The notes beneath the pieces were generated by a model that saw only the letters and a list, made by a program, of their open reading frames with translations, did no database searches and was not told where the DNA came from. Of a stretch of DNA of 64,000 nt, positions 43,981-54,500 are shown piece by piece. Within the stretch, counting starts at the first letter, position 1. Each line of letters opens with the position of its first letter. Origin of the DNA: an uncultured virus (IMG/VR IMGVR_UViG_3300038825_001787) (taxonomy: Duplodnaviria > Heunggongvirae > Uroviricota > Caudoviricetes); IMG/VR virus record IMGVR_UViG_3300038825_001787, one strand, 5' to 3'. The position numbers and the translations under genes are program-made.

Positions 43981-45606
43981 ATGGCATTATTTGATTATGA
44001 CAGAGACGAACTTAAGCCGTCTATAATTTCGGCTCATGGTTTGAAGCAAGAAGTCCTAAGTGGCGCTTCGCGTAAATTAAACCAAAAAAGCAAGAACGCA
44101 CAGGTTTTGCAAAATGTGGCCTCTAACATATACAAGTATGGTTCAGGCGGTAATGCTAATACTCCAGACATTGAGTTAAGAACAGATAAGTTCACTAATC
44201 TAAATATAGACAGTGGTGAAACATTAGAAATACTTTCTAAGAAAGGTGCAGGTCTACTACATACCTTAGAAGTAGTATTAGATAATCCCTATGGAGCAGT
44301 ATATCTAGAGGTAGACGGATATAAGAATACCGCAGATGGTATAGGTGAGACCCCAGCGGAGTTATTATTGAATAATAGAACTACTAGAGTAGATGGGCAG
44401 TTTTGGGTAAAGACTGTTGCAACAGACGGTACTTTCACAATGATGTACACACCTCAGAAACCAGAACCTTACACAGAACAACTGAAAGTAATGGTCTCTA
44501 ACAGAATCAAACCATCACGAGATGTTTTCGGACACAGTCTAAACTACACTAGTCGAGGCGGAATACCTACACCGATTAAAACAGATTTTATGGGTGGCGG
44601 CTTTTATTCGCACACTGGTTTGAAAGAAGCAAGTTTATCCACCATAGAAAAAGCAATAGCCAAACCTGTTGGTTCTTCTGTTTATTCTGTTGACGATACT
44701 TACAACCAGTCAGTCTTTGATTCAAACAACCGACTACTAGGTACGGGTCATCCGTATCAAGGTCAAGCAGGTAAACCAACGCTAACTAAAAACTCCGAGT
44801 TCGATGTGACAACAGGAACAATAGAATTTGCAACAGTTGCAAATGTTGGTGCAGATGCCAACGCAGTAGCGGGTCCAACGTTGGCTGGCTCAGCAAATTT
44901 CCCAGGAACTCCCGCTACACCATCGTATCAAAATATATTCATCTACAAAGACACATCAAAAGACGTAACAGAAGTTGCGACACTTAATTTCGATGAGGCT
45001 ACGGGTGTTTTGCTTAACGAGACTAGTATTAGCGCAGATGCTCAAACAACACTGACAGTTGATACAGTAGATCCAACTACCAAGTTCACTGTCGGAGATG
45101 TTTTATTAGACGACACAGGACAAAGAGTTGGAATTATTCAAAATATAAATTCAAACTACGATGCAAATGGAGACTTTACTACAGGTGTGATCACACTAAC
45201 AGCAAACAACATTGTAGCGGTTGCAGAAAACGAAAACCTACGAAGAAAAACACCAACCATACCAAAGATTGGAGACAGAATGTTCCTTAGAAATAAGGGT
45301 TCAGTTTACTTCCCAGGGATTGTACAAAATGTTTTCCGATACAGTCGTACCGCCGATTCCGGCGGAGCAGGAGCAAATGCTTGGGTAGATGAAACCAACG
45401 CAAAGTATGGAGGCGCAACCGGAGCACATTGTTTCCAAGTATACCCAGGATTGAGGGCATCTGCATCAGTATTTAGTAAAACAAGTGATAGTAGCGACGA
45501 CACTATTTCAATAGGGACAGTAACCACTAATGCAGACAGCAATCCCAAGATATACGTAAAATCATTGTTCATTAAGCGACAAATAGTTGTTGGTTCGGAG
45601 AGTTAA
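43981..45606 (+). CDS. Putative vertex/spike structural protein
   Basis: 541 aa, Thr/Gly/Asn-rich beta pattern, directly after the candidate MCP. Confidence 0.65.
   Translation: MALFDYDRDELKPSIISAHGLKQEVLSGASRKLNQKSKNAQVLQNVASNIYKYGSGGNANTPDIELRTDKFTNLNIDSGETLEILSKKGAGLLHTLEVVLDNPYGAVYLEVDGYKNTADGIGETPAELLLNNRTTRVDGQFWVKTVATDGTFTMMYTPQKPEPYTEQLKVMVSNRIKPSRDVFGHSLNYTSRGGIPTPIKTDFMGGGFYSHTGLKEASLSTIEKAIAKPVGSSVYSVDDTYNQSVFDSNNRLLGTGHPYQGQAGKPTLTKNSEFDVTTGTIEFATVANVGADANAVAGPTLAGSANFPGTPATPSYQNIFIYKDTSKDVTEVATLNFDEATGVLLNETSISADAQTTLTVDTVDPTTKFTVGDVLLDDTGQRVGIIQNINSNYDANGDFTTGVITLTANNIVAVAENENLRRKTPTIPKIGDRMFLRNKGSVYFPGIVQNVFRYSRTADSGGAGANAWVDETNAKYGGATGAHCFQVYPGLRASASVFSKTSDSSDDTISIGTVTTNADSNPKIYVKSLFIKRQIVVGSES
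44200..44400. other. TpA-rich island inside CDS
   Basis: ctactacataccttagaagtagtattagataatccctatggagcagtatatctagaggtagacggatataag. Confidence 0.6.
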
Positions 45607-45608
45607 AT

Positions 45609-46013
45609 ATGAAACTAGGAAAGAAAGTTATGAAATTCGCAGACGATTACCCACTAGCAGTGCTAGCATTAGGTACGGTTGGAATAATGTATGCTTTCGA
45701 GAATGTCGGACAGATGAACGGTCTAGGTCAAGCAAAATTCAAGACTGGTGGCAGCAACATGGATGATTTGTTTAGAAAAACCGGACACACAGGAAGCGCA
45801 GCACCAGGAACAGGAAGATGGGATACAGTAATGCCTTCTCCATCTGGACCACAAGTGCGCTACGATGCAGACTATCACACTCAACCACTTATGATGGATC
45901 CACAACTAGAAAAGATGTTACAGGAAAGAGGCAAGAGACCTCTTGTGCAAAGCGCATCTATTAGACACGGGTATGAACCAGTCATCTTTGCAGGATTAAG
46001 ACAAACACTGTGA
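45609..46013 (+). CDS. Small virion membrane protein, N-terminal TM
   Basis: KFADDYPLAVLALG..., MNGLG motif. Confidence 0.75.
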   Translation: MKLGKKVMKFADDYPLAVLALGTVGIMYAFENVGQMNGLGQAKFKTGGSNMDDLFRKTGHTGSAAPGTGRWDTVMPSPSGPQVRYDADYHTQPLMMDPQLEKMLQERGKRPLVQSASIRHGYEPVIFAGLRQTL

Positions 46014-46023
46014 GGATAAAGAT

Positions 46024-46401
46024 ATGAATTGGGAATCAGCAAAAAAGCAACTAAAAGCGGCTGGACCATTTGCTGTAACAGGCGCATTTGTTGGTAGTAC
46101 TGGCTTTATCTTAGTAGAGTACTTAGATGGTAGCGACATGTCATTGTCTTCTTTATTATTAGGTGCTGGCGTAGGTGCATTAGTTGGTGGCGGTATGGGT
46201 ATGTTAGTTAACGCTGCAAGGGACCAAAGAATTGAAAATTATACGGTTGTAGCACCTGTTATAGCAACAGGACTTACAATGGGTGCACTCAAAGCATACC
46301 CACGCACACGCGGTATGTCAAACAAATCACTTATATCCGCTGGCCTAGTCGGTGGTACAGTCGGTTTGACACTAGGTGGAAGTATCGATTATTTAACATG
46401 A
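46024..46401 (+). CDS. Gly-zipper multi-TM membrane protein
   Basis: Four GxxxG-rich hydrophobic segments. Confidence 0.8.
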   Translation: MNWESAKKQLKAAGPFAVTGAFVGSTGFILVEYLDGSDMSLSSLLLGAGVGALVGGGMGMLVNAARDQRIENYTVVAPVIATGLTMGALKAYPRTRGMSNKSLISAGLVGGTVGLTLGGSIDYLT

Positions 46402-46410
46402 GGAATTACA

Positions 46411-46677
46411 ATGAAGTTAACAAAAAAAGTAAAAGGTTTCTATAAAAGAAATACCGCATTATCTATAGGCATTATGGGCGCTGCGGCGTACATGTATATG
46501 AAAAGAAATGGAATGACAACAAGCCTTGCACCAGCACCTGTCAAATCAGCGACAAGTAGCGCACCGGTAGCAAGATATGCGTATGACGCATACCCTCCAG
46601 TGAGAAATGAGCCGTACACAAATTCGTCTCACTTCTTCGGACCTGCAGACGGAGACCCCGTCTTCTACGGATTCTGA
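46411..46677 (+). CDS. Small membrane protein, N-terminal TM
   Basis: 88 aa; GAGGA SD; ends HFFG...VFYGF. Confidence 0.75.
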   Translation: MKLTKKVKGFYKRNTALSIGIMGAAAYMYMKRNGMTTSLAPAPVKSATSSAPVARYAYDAYPPVRNEPYTNSSHFFGPADGDPVFYGF

Positions 46678-46687
46678 GGTGTTTTGA

Positions 46688-47029
46688 ATGTCAGGATGGT
46701 ACGGCTCTATGGATATGGGTGGCTTAGGTCATCCACATATGAGTGATGGAGATTTCTTTAGAAGCCATAATATGAGTCAAGAACAGGCAGCAGGAATGAC
46801 TGATGCTCAATTACACCCACCGTCAACAGTGGTAACAACTAGTTCTAGTGGGTCATCTATGCGCAGTGTTGCTAAAAAAGCCGGATATGGTTTAGTAGCA
46901 GGTGCCGTTGTTGGAATGGTATTGTTAAAAGTCCCAGCATATAGTAAGATGATGAGCAAGGGCAAGTCATGGCAAGCAGCAGCAATTGGTGCAGCAGTGG
47001 CCGTTCCTTTAGCAACAATGTACGCGTGA
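46688..47029 (+). CDS. Small membrane protein, 2 C-terminal TM
   Basis: MGGLG motif, Ser/Thr linker, GAGGTG SD. Confidence 0.75.
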   Translation: MSGWYGSMDMGGLGHPHMSDGDFFRSHNMSQEQAAGMTDAQLHPPSTVVTTSSSGSSMRSVAKKAGYGLVAGAVVGMVLLKVPAYSKMMSKGKSWQAAAIGAAVAVPLATMYA

Positions 47030-47040
47030 GGTGAAAAAAT

Positions 47041-47277
47041 ATGTATCCAGATCATTTAGGAGAAGTTACCGCACCAAAAGTGGCGGCTAGTACTTTAATA
47101 ATCGGTGGCGCAGTAGTTGCATTCGCTGTAGGCGGTGTAATGCAAGCATTTGCTGACGGTTATTTCTTAGGTCGAGCACAAAAGAAAGGTGTTACTTACA
47201 AAACTATAGCAAAGAGAAATGCTGCACTCGGTGGAGCAATAGGTGCGATAGCAGCAGCAGGAATTCTATCGGCGTGA
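47041..47277 (+). CDS. Small membrane protein, 2 TM
   Basis: 78 aa; GAGGTGA SD; begins MYPDHLG. Confidence 0.75.
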   Translation: MYPDHLGEVTAPKVAASTLIIGGAVVAFAVGGVMQAFADGYFLGRAQKKGVTYKTIAKRNAALGGAIGAIAAAGILSA

Positions 47278-47283
47278 TTACAC

Positions 47284-47451
47284 ATGGGAATACAGAAGGA
47301 TGTTAAAACGGCTTGGAAAGATTCTAAGAAGTTTGCAAACAAGCATCCACTTGTATCTTTAGTAGTCGGTGGTGCAGCAGCATACACTGCATTAAATATT
47401 TATTTCACTAGTTATGTAATGACTAAAGCATTTGAAAAGGGGAATCAATAA
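47284..47451 (+). CDS. 55-aa single-TM protein (not in ORF track)
   Basis: MGIQKDVKTAWKDSKKFANKHPLVSLVVGGAAAYTALNIYFTSYVMTKAFEKGNQ; TAATG overlap with next gene. Confidence 0.7.
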   Translation: MGIQKDVKTAWKDSKKFANKHPLVSLVVGGAAAYTALNIYFTSYVMTKAFEKGNQ

Positions 47452-48104
47452 TGGCTAGAAAGAAAGGTGTAATTAAGCAAATCAGCAATTACGGTGAGAA
47501 ACACCCGTACGTTACTCTAGCACTTGCCGGAACTTTTGGTTATTATTTATATGATATGATTAAGGTACAACCAGTAGCCCCACTTACCGAAAGACAAAAA
47601 GTGCGACAGGAAGTTTTGGCAAATGATGGCTATGTTGATCACATACAGCGAGAGCGAATGAAAATGGCTGGACTAGGTGCAACAACTTCAACTTCAACCA
47701 CATCATCATCTTCACACAGGATGCCGGGACCAGGCGATGGCGAGACGTCCATGTATATCGATCCTACAAAATCAGGAATGTTTGGAATAGGTGCTGCAAG
47801 GAACCCTCCAGCGCATTTGATGTTTGATAAATCACAAGGACTTGGAGCCTGTCATAAATGTGGAACAAGAAGCAACCCTCACTGTCATTGTGGTGGTTCC
47901 CATGGAATGAACGGCTTTTCACCTTCTGCTCGTAGAAGAGTAGGTCATGCTGGAATCGGTATGGCAACTGAATCTTACGAAGCAACACTTGATACTCAGT
48001 TTTCCAACCAGGAAGCAATGATCGCTGGAGATCTAAAGAAACACCAAGACATTCTCGGCTTCTCAGGGCTAGCACCCTTAGCAGGCGGAGACTGGTACGA
48101 ATGA
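47451..48104 (+). CDS. Membrane protein with multiple Gly-motif sites and a small Cys/His cluster
   Basis: N-terminal TM; MAGLG, MFGIG, SQGLG, HAGIG; CHKC...HCHC. Confidence 0.8.
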   Translation: MARKKGVIKQISNYGEKHPYVTLALAGTFGYYLYDMIKVQPVAPLTERQKVRQEVLANDGYVDHIQRERMKMAGLGATTSTSTTSSSSHRMPGPGDGETSMYIDPTKSGMFGIGAARNPPAHLMFDKSQGLGACHKCGTRSNPHCHCGGSHGMNGFSPSARRRVGHAGIGMATESYEATLDTQFSNQEAMIAGDLKKHQDILGFSGLAPLAGGDWYE

Positions 48105-48538
48105 TGCATAAGCACGCTCGTAAAGTCCCACGATATCATCCTGATTTAGAATGGGAAAGACGTACGTTAAGTAATGATTTTATTGACATCAATCGCATGG
48201 CTTTGGATGATAGTTTTAGTGGAAAGAATGCAGCACCACTAAGTAAGCGTAGAAATGGTGTAGGATTCACAGATAATAAGACACCAGGATTGTTTGGCTT
48301 AGGTGCAGCCGACAAGCCTAATATGAATTTTACAGACCCTAAAATGACTTTCTTGCTAGGAAGTTTGGTTGCAGTAGGGGCTTATACTACAGTTGATTGG
48401 ATTTTGCATAAACCTAATTTATCTAGACTTGATAGAATGTTAGGAAGAACGCCAGCCTCCCTTCTAGTGGGAGGCATAGCATTCGTATTATTTTCAACGA
48501 GTACTAGGGATCTTATAGACGGTGCTCAGTACCAATAG
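48101..48538 (+). CDS. Membrane protein, 2 C-terminal TM
   Basis: TPGLFGLG precedes the TM part. Confidence 0.75.
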   Translation: MMHKHARKVPRYHPDLEWERRTLSNDFIDINRMALDDSFSGKNAAPLSKRRNGVGFTDNKTPGLFGLGAADKPNMNFTDPKMTFLLGSLVAVGAYTTVDWILHKPNLSRLDRMLGRTPASLLVGGIAFVLFSTSTRDLIDGAQYQ

Positions 48539-48551
48539 ACCCTTTATTTAT

Positions 48552-48707
48552 TTACTCGTTTAGGTTAGATTCTAAAAGAATCGCAGAGTTTAGAAGTGCG
48601 GCTACGCCTTCTTCTAATTCGTGATTGCTTACTGCTTGAGCAAGTTTCACTTCTTTGCCTATTAGTTCTACCTTAATTGTTACCATTGTTGTCTTATCTT
48701 CACGCAT
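48552..48707 (-). CDS. 51-aa hypothetical protein (not in ORF track)
   Basis: MREDKTTMVTIKVELIGKEVKLAQAVSNHELEEGVAALLNSAILLESNLNE; AGGTGA SD and TATAAG box upstream on the minus strand. Confidence 0.55.
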   Translation of the reverse strand: MREDKTTMVTIKVELIGKEVKLAQAVSNHELEEGVAALLNSAILLESNLNE

Positions 48708-48757
48708 CTGTGTCACCTTCCGGTAATCTATAGATTACTTGCACTTATACTTATAGG

Positions 48758-49345
48758 TTATGATTCTGGTGCATCTCTGAACTTGGGTAATTTTTTCTCT
48801 TCTTTAGTCGGAATCCACTCTAGTTTCCCCTGACCTTCCGTTCTTTCCTTGGTAATCTTACGTTCTGCACGGTGTCCTTTACCATAAAGTTCGTCTTCTT
48901 TGTTATATTTGTCCAACCCACCGCGAAGCCCCACCGCTTGCTCGTTTGACCAAGAAATAGCGTGTTCTTGATTTTCAGTCTGCTCTAGTTTTCTTTTGAA
49001 ACCAAAGACTTCATCCCAAGGTTCACCCAAACAAACATGATTTTGTACAACGTGCGACCAATTACAACTTTCACACTCGACTTTGAACAAATGATTCCAA
49101 GGTTGTGTATCACCCCTAGCACCAGTGCGCTTACTTTCGATAACTACTTTATGGAACATTTTGGTTTCTGGATAATCACACATAGGACAATGTAGTGGCT
49201 CACCTGTATTGGGATGCAACATTACTTCTCCGTCGAGATTGATTTTCTTGTCAGCAATGTCACTACAGATAGGACATTTTCTTCTAGTATCCCATTCATT
49301 CGCTGTAATCTTCTCGTCTGCCAACGTCCATCTCTCCTGCATCAT
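48758..49345 (-). CDS. Zinc-finger protein
   Basis: CPIC, CPMC, CESC pairs. Confidence 0.75.
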   Translation of the reverse strand: MMQERWTLADEKITANEWDTRRKCPICSDIADKKINLDGEVMLHPNTGEPLHCPMCDYPETKMFHKVVIESKRTGARGDTQPWNHLFKVECESCNWSHVVQNHVCLGEPWDEVFGFKRKLEQTENQEHAISWSNEQAVGLRGGLDKYNKEDELYGKGHRAERKITKERTEGQGKLEWIPTKEEKKLPKFRDAPES

Positions 49346-49538
49346 GGTCTATCGAGTCAAACATTGCATTCATCAATGCCGACATCGCAAGGAAGCATAC
49401 TCCTCTTGGGTCTCCGTCATATTGGATGGCTAATAATCCTGCCGAACTACCTGCCGCAAATATAAAATCCTCAACACCTAATTCTTTAAGTTCTAAAGCA
49501 AAAGCATTTACTTTCGCCATCACCATTTCGTCGCTCAT
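49296..49538 (-). CDS. Small hypothetical protein
   Basis: 80 aa, ATGA overlap with upstream gene. Confidence 0.6.
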   Translation of the reverse strand: MSDEMVMAKVNAFALELKELGVEDFIFAAGSSAGLLAIQYDGDPRGVCFLAMSALMNAMFDSIDHDAGEMDVGRREDYSE

Positions 49539-49948
49539 TGCTTTACTGACTCCTTCATAATAGATATCAAGTATCGCATTGCCTTGAGTTCAGTCGGGAA
49601 GTCATAAGCATGACATATTTCAGTTACCATATGTATTTTTGAAAAATATTTTTGAGGATTCTTTTCCCATTTTTGATAGTCTTTTGCCAACATTACTTTG
49701 ATTTCATCATGTCGCTTCAACCAACAACTATGACAAGCAACAACTGCTTCTGTGGCCTGTCTGATTTTTGTAACCTCTTCGGTTTCTTCCCAAGAACTAT
49801 TAGCGTAATCATCAGACCTTGCAGTTACTACTTCGGCAGTATATTCTTCATACTTTGCCTTCTCTAAAACATGACTTCTTGTGTCTCTACTGCAAGTTAC
49901 ACAGCGCCCATATTTGGTTGCTACGTCGTCTCTCTCAAACAATGCCAT
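49535..49948 (-). CDS. Zinc-finger protein
   Basis: CVTC ... CHSC; TTAAG box about 27 nt upstream on the minus strand. Confidence 0.7.
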   Translation of the reverse strand: MALFERDDVATKYGRCVTCSRDTRSHVLEKAKYEEYTAEVVTARSDDYANSSWEETEEVTKIRQATEAVVACHSCWLKRHDEIKVMLAKDYQKWEKNPQKYFSKIHMVTEICHAYDFPTELKAMRYLISIMKESVKQ

Positions 49949-50019
49949 ACACTAACGGTGCTTTCTTTTTCACTTAAGTCATGCGGAATCCTTTTGTTTA
50001 AGTGTAAGTTGGAACATAC

Positions 50020-50448
50020 GTGGCGCAGGGAGGTAACTCAGAAAGAAGCCAAGTGCACGGCACTACTGGCTCTGGTAATATTTTACCGATTTCTGCAGTT
50101 ACACAAGAAGATACCACATCTTTACTTTTTACAAAACAAGGCAGAGAAGACTTTGCCTCAACCAGCCATCCTAGAATGACTATCAGTAGTCATACTGTGA
50201 AAAAGCAACTACCTTCACTATGTGGACTACAAGAAGTAGTGGCACGAACTGGGTTTTTGATAACCGCCGATAATAGCAATACCGTTACCGTTATGATTGG
50301 TGGAAGGACAGTTAGCGCAACAGATGGCATACCGTTAGTCGCTGGACAATCTATAATGATAGATATAGTAAGACTATCTAAGATATATGCTATAGCAGCA
50401 AGCGACCCTAGTGGTGGTACCTGTAACTTATTTTGGTTAGATATGTGA
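50020..50448 (+). CDS. Candidate penton/minor jelly-roll structural protein
   Basis: ITADNSNTVTVMIGG..V...GIPLVAGQSIMIDI...KIYAI small beta-sandwich pattern; heads the spike operon. Confidence 0.55.
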   Translation: MAQGGNSERSQVHGTTGSGNILPISAVTQEDTTSLLFTKQGREDFASTSHPRMTISSHTVKKQLPSLCGLQEVVARTGFLITADNSNTVTVMIGGRTVSATDGIPLVAGQSIMIDIVRLSKIYAIAASDPSGGTCNLFWLDM

Positions 50449-50465
50449 TACTATGGGATATATGA
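50350..50465. other. TpA-rich island spanning a gene junction
   Basis: ctataatgatagatatagtaagactatctaagatatatgctatagc. Confidence 0.65.
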
Positions 50466-51499
50466 CATCACCTCCAGCATTAGCCGACATTGATGGTGAC
50501 GGTGATTTTGACGGTACACTGCGTCGAATAAAAGCCGGCACTGGTATAACAATGAGCCTTAGTAATAACATATTAACAATAAACTCAACTGCTAGTGGTG
50601 GTGGAGGAGTAAATTTTTCTGATGGCGCACCTTCTGATAGTGACGGCGATAATGGTGACATCAATATAGATTACACTAACGGCGACATATATCGTAAAAC
50701 AGGTGGTGCTTGGTCGTTAATTGACACAATCCCCTCGATAGGAAGAACACGTAGATTTGTGGCAACTTACAATGTTTCGTCTTGGGGTGCTGGGAAGTTT
50801 GGAATAAACTCAGGCAAGTATTATTTTCATAAAGCAAGTTTTCCAGGCTGCACAACAGTAGCACACGCAGAGGCTTATTTGGCAACAACTGGTTTTACAG
50901 TAGGTACAAGATTTATCTTTCAAAACATTGACAACCTAGACAGCATAGCAGTGTATAGAGTCACTGATTCAACTATACACACTAACGGTGATGCAGGTTA
51001 CGACAATGGAACGGTTGGAACAGAACATGTCGCTTTAACACTAACAAAAGAATCTGGAGATGATTTTAGTGCAGATGCAAAATACGCTATTACAACAACT
51101 ATTCCTTTAAACTTCCTTTTCGACTCTAGCGGTAATGCTACCATATCTGCCGACTTAACTATAAAAGAGTTTATACTAACTACAGCAGAAGGTGCTACTA
51201 GCAATACCAACATAACCACAATAGACTCGTGGGCTATTACTACTTACCGTAGCGCAAAATATGAATATCACATAACAGATACCGGCGCAGACCCAGATGA
51301 ATATCAAACGGGAGAAATTATGGTAATACATGACGGAAGTAACTCAAAACACAACTCATATGGGGTAATCTTTACAGGCACGGCTGCTTTAGGGACGTTC
51401 AGTACAGACGTGTCGTCAGGTAACTGTCGACTCAGATTTACTGCGGCAAACACGAACGCAATGGCGATTAAAGTAGCAAGAAAAGCAATCAAGGTGTGA
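50453..51499 (+). CDS. Spike/fibre protein
   Basis: IKAGTGITMS...LTINST, GAPSDSDGDNGD..ID...GDIYRK fibre motifs; C-terminal IDSW..YRSAKY...GEIMVIHDG domain. Confidence 0.75.
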   Translation: MGYMTSPPALADIDGDGDFDGTLRRIKAGTGITMSLSNNILTINSTASGGGGVNFSDGAPSDSDGDNGDINIDYTNGDIYRKTGGAWSLIDTIPSIGRTRRFVATYNVSSWGAGKFGINSGKYYFHKASFPGCTTVAHAEAYLATTGFTVGTRFIFQNIDNLDSIAVYRVTDSTIHTNGDAGYDNGTVGTEHVALTLTKESGDDFSADAKYAITTTIPLNFLFDSSGNATISADLTIKEFILTTAEGATSNTNITTIDSWAITTYRSAKYEYHITDTGADPDEYQTGEIMVIHDGSNSKHNSYGVIFTGTAALGTFSTDVSSGNCRLRFTAANTNAMAIKVARKAIKV

Positions 51500-51502
51500 T
51501 GA

Positions 51503-54500
51503 ATGGCAAACGAATTCCGTGTAAAAGAAGGTCTCATAGTTGATGGGGTAAGTGGCTCGGGAGTCAATCCAGTAAAAATTTCAGACGCGGTTATTTCTTC
51601 TGAATCTGCTTTAGAAGTTAGGTCAACGGCTAATGCAAATCCTGCAGTGTTAATTCACGCTAATGCTGGAACTGATGAAACAGTTAAAATTCACTCAAAT
51701 CAAGGAACAGGTACAGATTCTATTATTTTATTGTCAGACGTTGGCGGAATAGATGTTGATGCTGCCAAAGCAATATCACTCACAACAACTGGTGCTGCCG
51801 GAGATATTTCTTTAGTATCTGCTCACACAGCAGGAGTCGCTTTCCATATAGATGCCAATGCTGATGCTGCTTCTGAGGTACAGATTGATGCAGGTATTTT
51901 GGACATTGATGTGACAGCAGGTATCACAATTGATGGTACAACAATGTCAATCGACGGAACAGATGACTCTAACATTACAGTTACAGGTTCTGGTAAAGAT
52001 TTAGACATTGCAGTTGCAGGTGGAGGTACACAAGAACTAAGAATTGCTTCTGCTGGTACAGGGGCTTCTGCTCTACATTTGAATGCAAGTGCAGGTGGAA
52101 TCAACATTGATTCTGCTGACATGATTGACATTGACGCTGCTGATGAGATTACACTCACAACAACTTCTGCTGACGGACATATTTCTTTAGTATCTGCTCA
52201 CACAGCAGGAGTTGCTTTCCACCTTGATGCTGACGCTAACGCTGGATCTATTGTTGATATTGACGCAGGAATACTACAAATTGATACTGCCGGAACTATG
52301 ACTCTCGCCTCTGGTGGGGCACTCTTTATCACTTCTGGCGCCGATATGACTTTCAATGATGGTACTAATGATACCTTTTTCCAAACAAATAATTTCCTGA
52401 TAGCCCCGAAGGCAGGTGTAACGGGGCAAGATGCAGTAGTGGATTTAACTCTTGGAGATAATAGCAGTTCTAACCACGATAATGATAGAAGACTTCTATA
52501 CGCAACGAGCGAAGCCATTTTCCGTGCGGCATTGAACATGGACGGCTCTGGTAGCATGAGCGCACCAATATGGGAACTAGGAGTTGGTGGAACGCTTACT
52601 GCTAATACCACTACCGCTTTACCGACTCAAGCGCAATATACTACTGCTGCTACCGCCTTTGCCTTTGGTGCACAAGGTTCAGTTTACAGAATCGGTAGTG
52701 ACAACGCAACAAGTGGCCAAGTTCTTACTTTCGACGGAACAGAATGGCTCGCTGAAGACGTATCAGGAACAGGGGACGTATCTGCTTCAAGCAACTTCGG
52801 TACAGACAATGTTCTAATTAAATCCGATGGTACTAGCAAAGGTGTTGAGGCAAGTGGAATCACTGTTGCAGACACCACAAACAACATGAGTGGCGTGGGG
52901 TCTATTAGTTCAAAGCAAATCGCAATCGCACCGGCTAACGACGCTGGAGTAGCGGCACTTCTGATAACACCGATAGATGTAGATCAACATGGTATAGATA
53001 TAAATTCCAGCATCACTACTGCTGACGTATTAAACATTACTGCCGATGCTACTACAACAGGCCATGTTATCGACATAAGTGCTGATGGACTGACACATAC
53101 AGGTGGATTCATGAAACTGGCGAGCACCGGTCTTACTATTCAAGATACTGGTACTTCTGCTCTTGTTGACATGGTTGTAACAAACGACAGCGTTGGTTCA
53201 CAAACTGCCTACGGAATGTTAATTGATTACAACAAGTCTGGTATAACGGCCTCCGGAAAAACAACAGTACTTGCCGGTCTTGCTGTCGACGTGGATGATG
53301 CTGCAACAAATGTAGGTACTGCAACTATTTATGGAGGAATTTTTACTTCTAATTCAGCAAATGCCGGTGGAACCGTCAAAAATATTGGTATTTACGCGTC
53401 AGCAGGAGGTGGAGATACCAACTATGCGGGTGAGTTTGCTGGAGATATGCTTTTCACCTCAGACACAGCAACATTCACTTCATCAAATGCAAACGATCCA
53501 CTGGTAGTCATTGAAAATACCACGAATGATGTCAATGGTGCCACTCTACGTTTCGTCAAAGACAAAGGCGCTGCTGGTGCAGACGGGGACGACATAGGTA
53601 CCATTTCATTCTTCGGAGACAATGCTGCTCAAGAACAGACTGCTTTTGCTAGTATAGTAGCAGAAGTTGCAACAGCAGCAGATACGGACGAAGCAGGTAA
53701 ACTATCTTTATTCGTTTCAGAGAGTAACGGTACTTCTGCTCAACTAACAGCAGGTTTGGTTCTTGTAGGACAATCGACTGACGACGGCGAAGTAGACGTA
53801 ACCATTGGTGCTGGTGCAGCGTCTACGGCAACAGTCGCTGGGCATCTAAATGTTACAGGTGATTTAACTGTAACAGGGACAACGACCACTGTTCATGTTG
53901 AAACCACAACGACTTCGAGTGGTATTATTTTCGAAGGCACTACTGGAGACGGTCACGATGCAACACTCAAGTCGGTTGTTGCAGGCGGAGATGTAACCTA
54001 TACGTTGCCAAACGTTGGTGGTTTCGTTGCTTTATTCGATGCAGATCCAGGCACGACAACAATAACTTCAACCCCAGGAGAGTTAAATTTACTCGATGGA
54101 TCTACTGCAAACAGCGTAGTAAACTCTAAAGCAGTTATTTACGGCAGTAGCGGCGAAATAGCAGGAACACTATCTACTGCCGCACAAACCAACGTTACTT
54201 CCCTTGGTACTCTAACTGCTTTGACTGTTGACGATGTTGCCGTTGATGGAAAGGTCATAACAATGACTGGTTCTACAAACGACACCGTAACAATGACAGC
54301 AGCAACCAATGGTGAATTTACTATCGCGACAGTCGATACCGCTGCCGCAGCAGGCCACATGAACCTAGATGCTGATGGAAAGATTGTTCTCAACACAGCA
54401 GATAACGAACACGTTGTGTTCGAAACAGCAGGAACTTCTATGTTCAATATAGGAGTTGCAACAGAAGCAAAGGGTAATGGTGCAACTGCAATAGGAGAAG

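Noticed and set aside
51804..52212. Duplicated segment as a DGR template/variable repeat pair
   Set aside because: Both copies are in frame in one gene, differences are not adenine-specific, and no reverse transcriptase is seen
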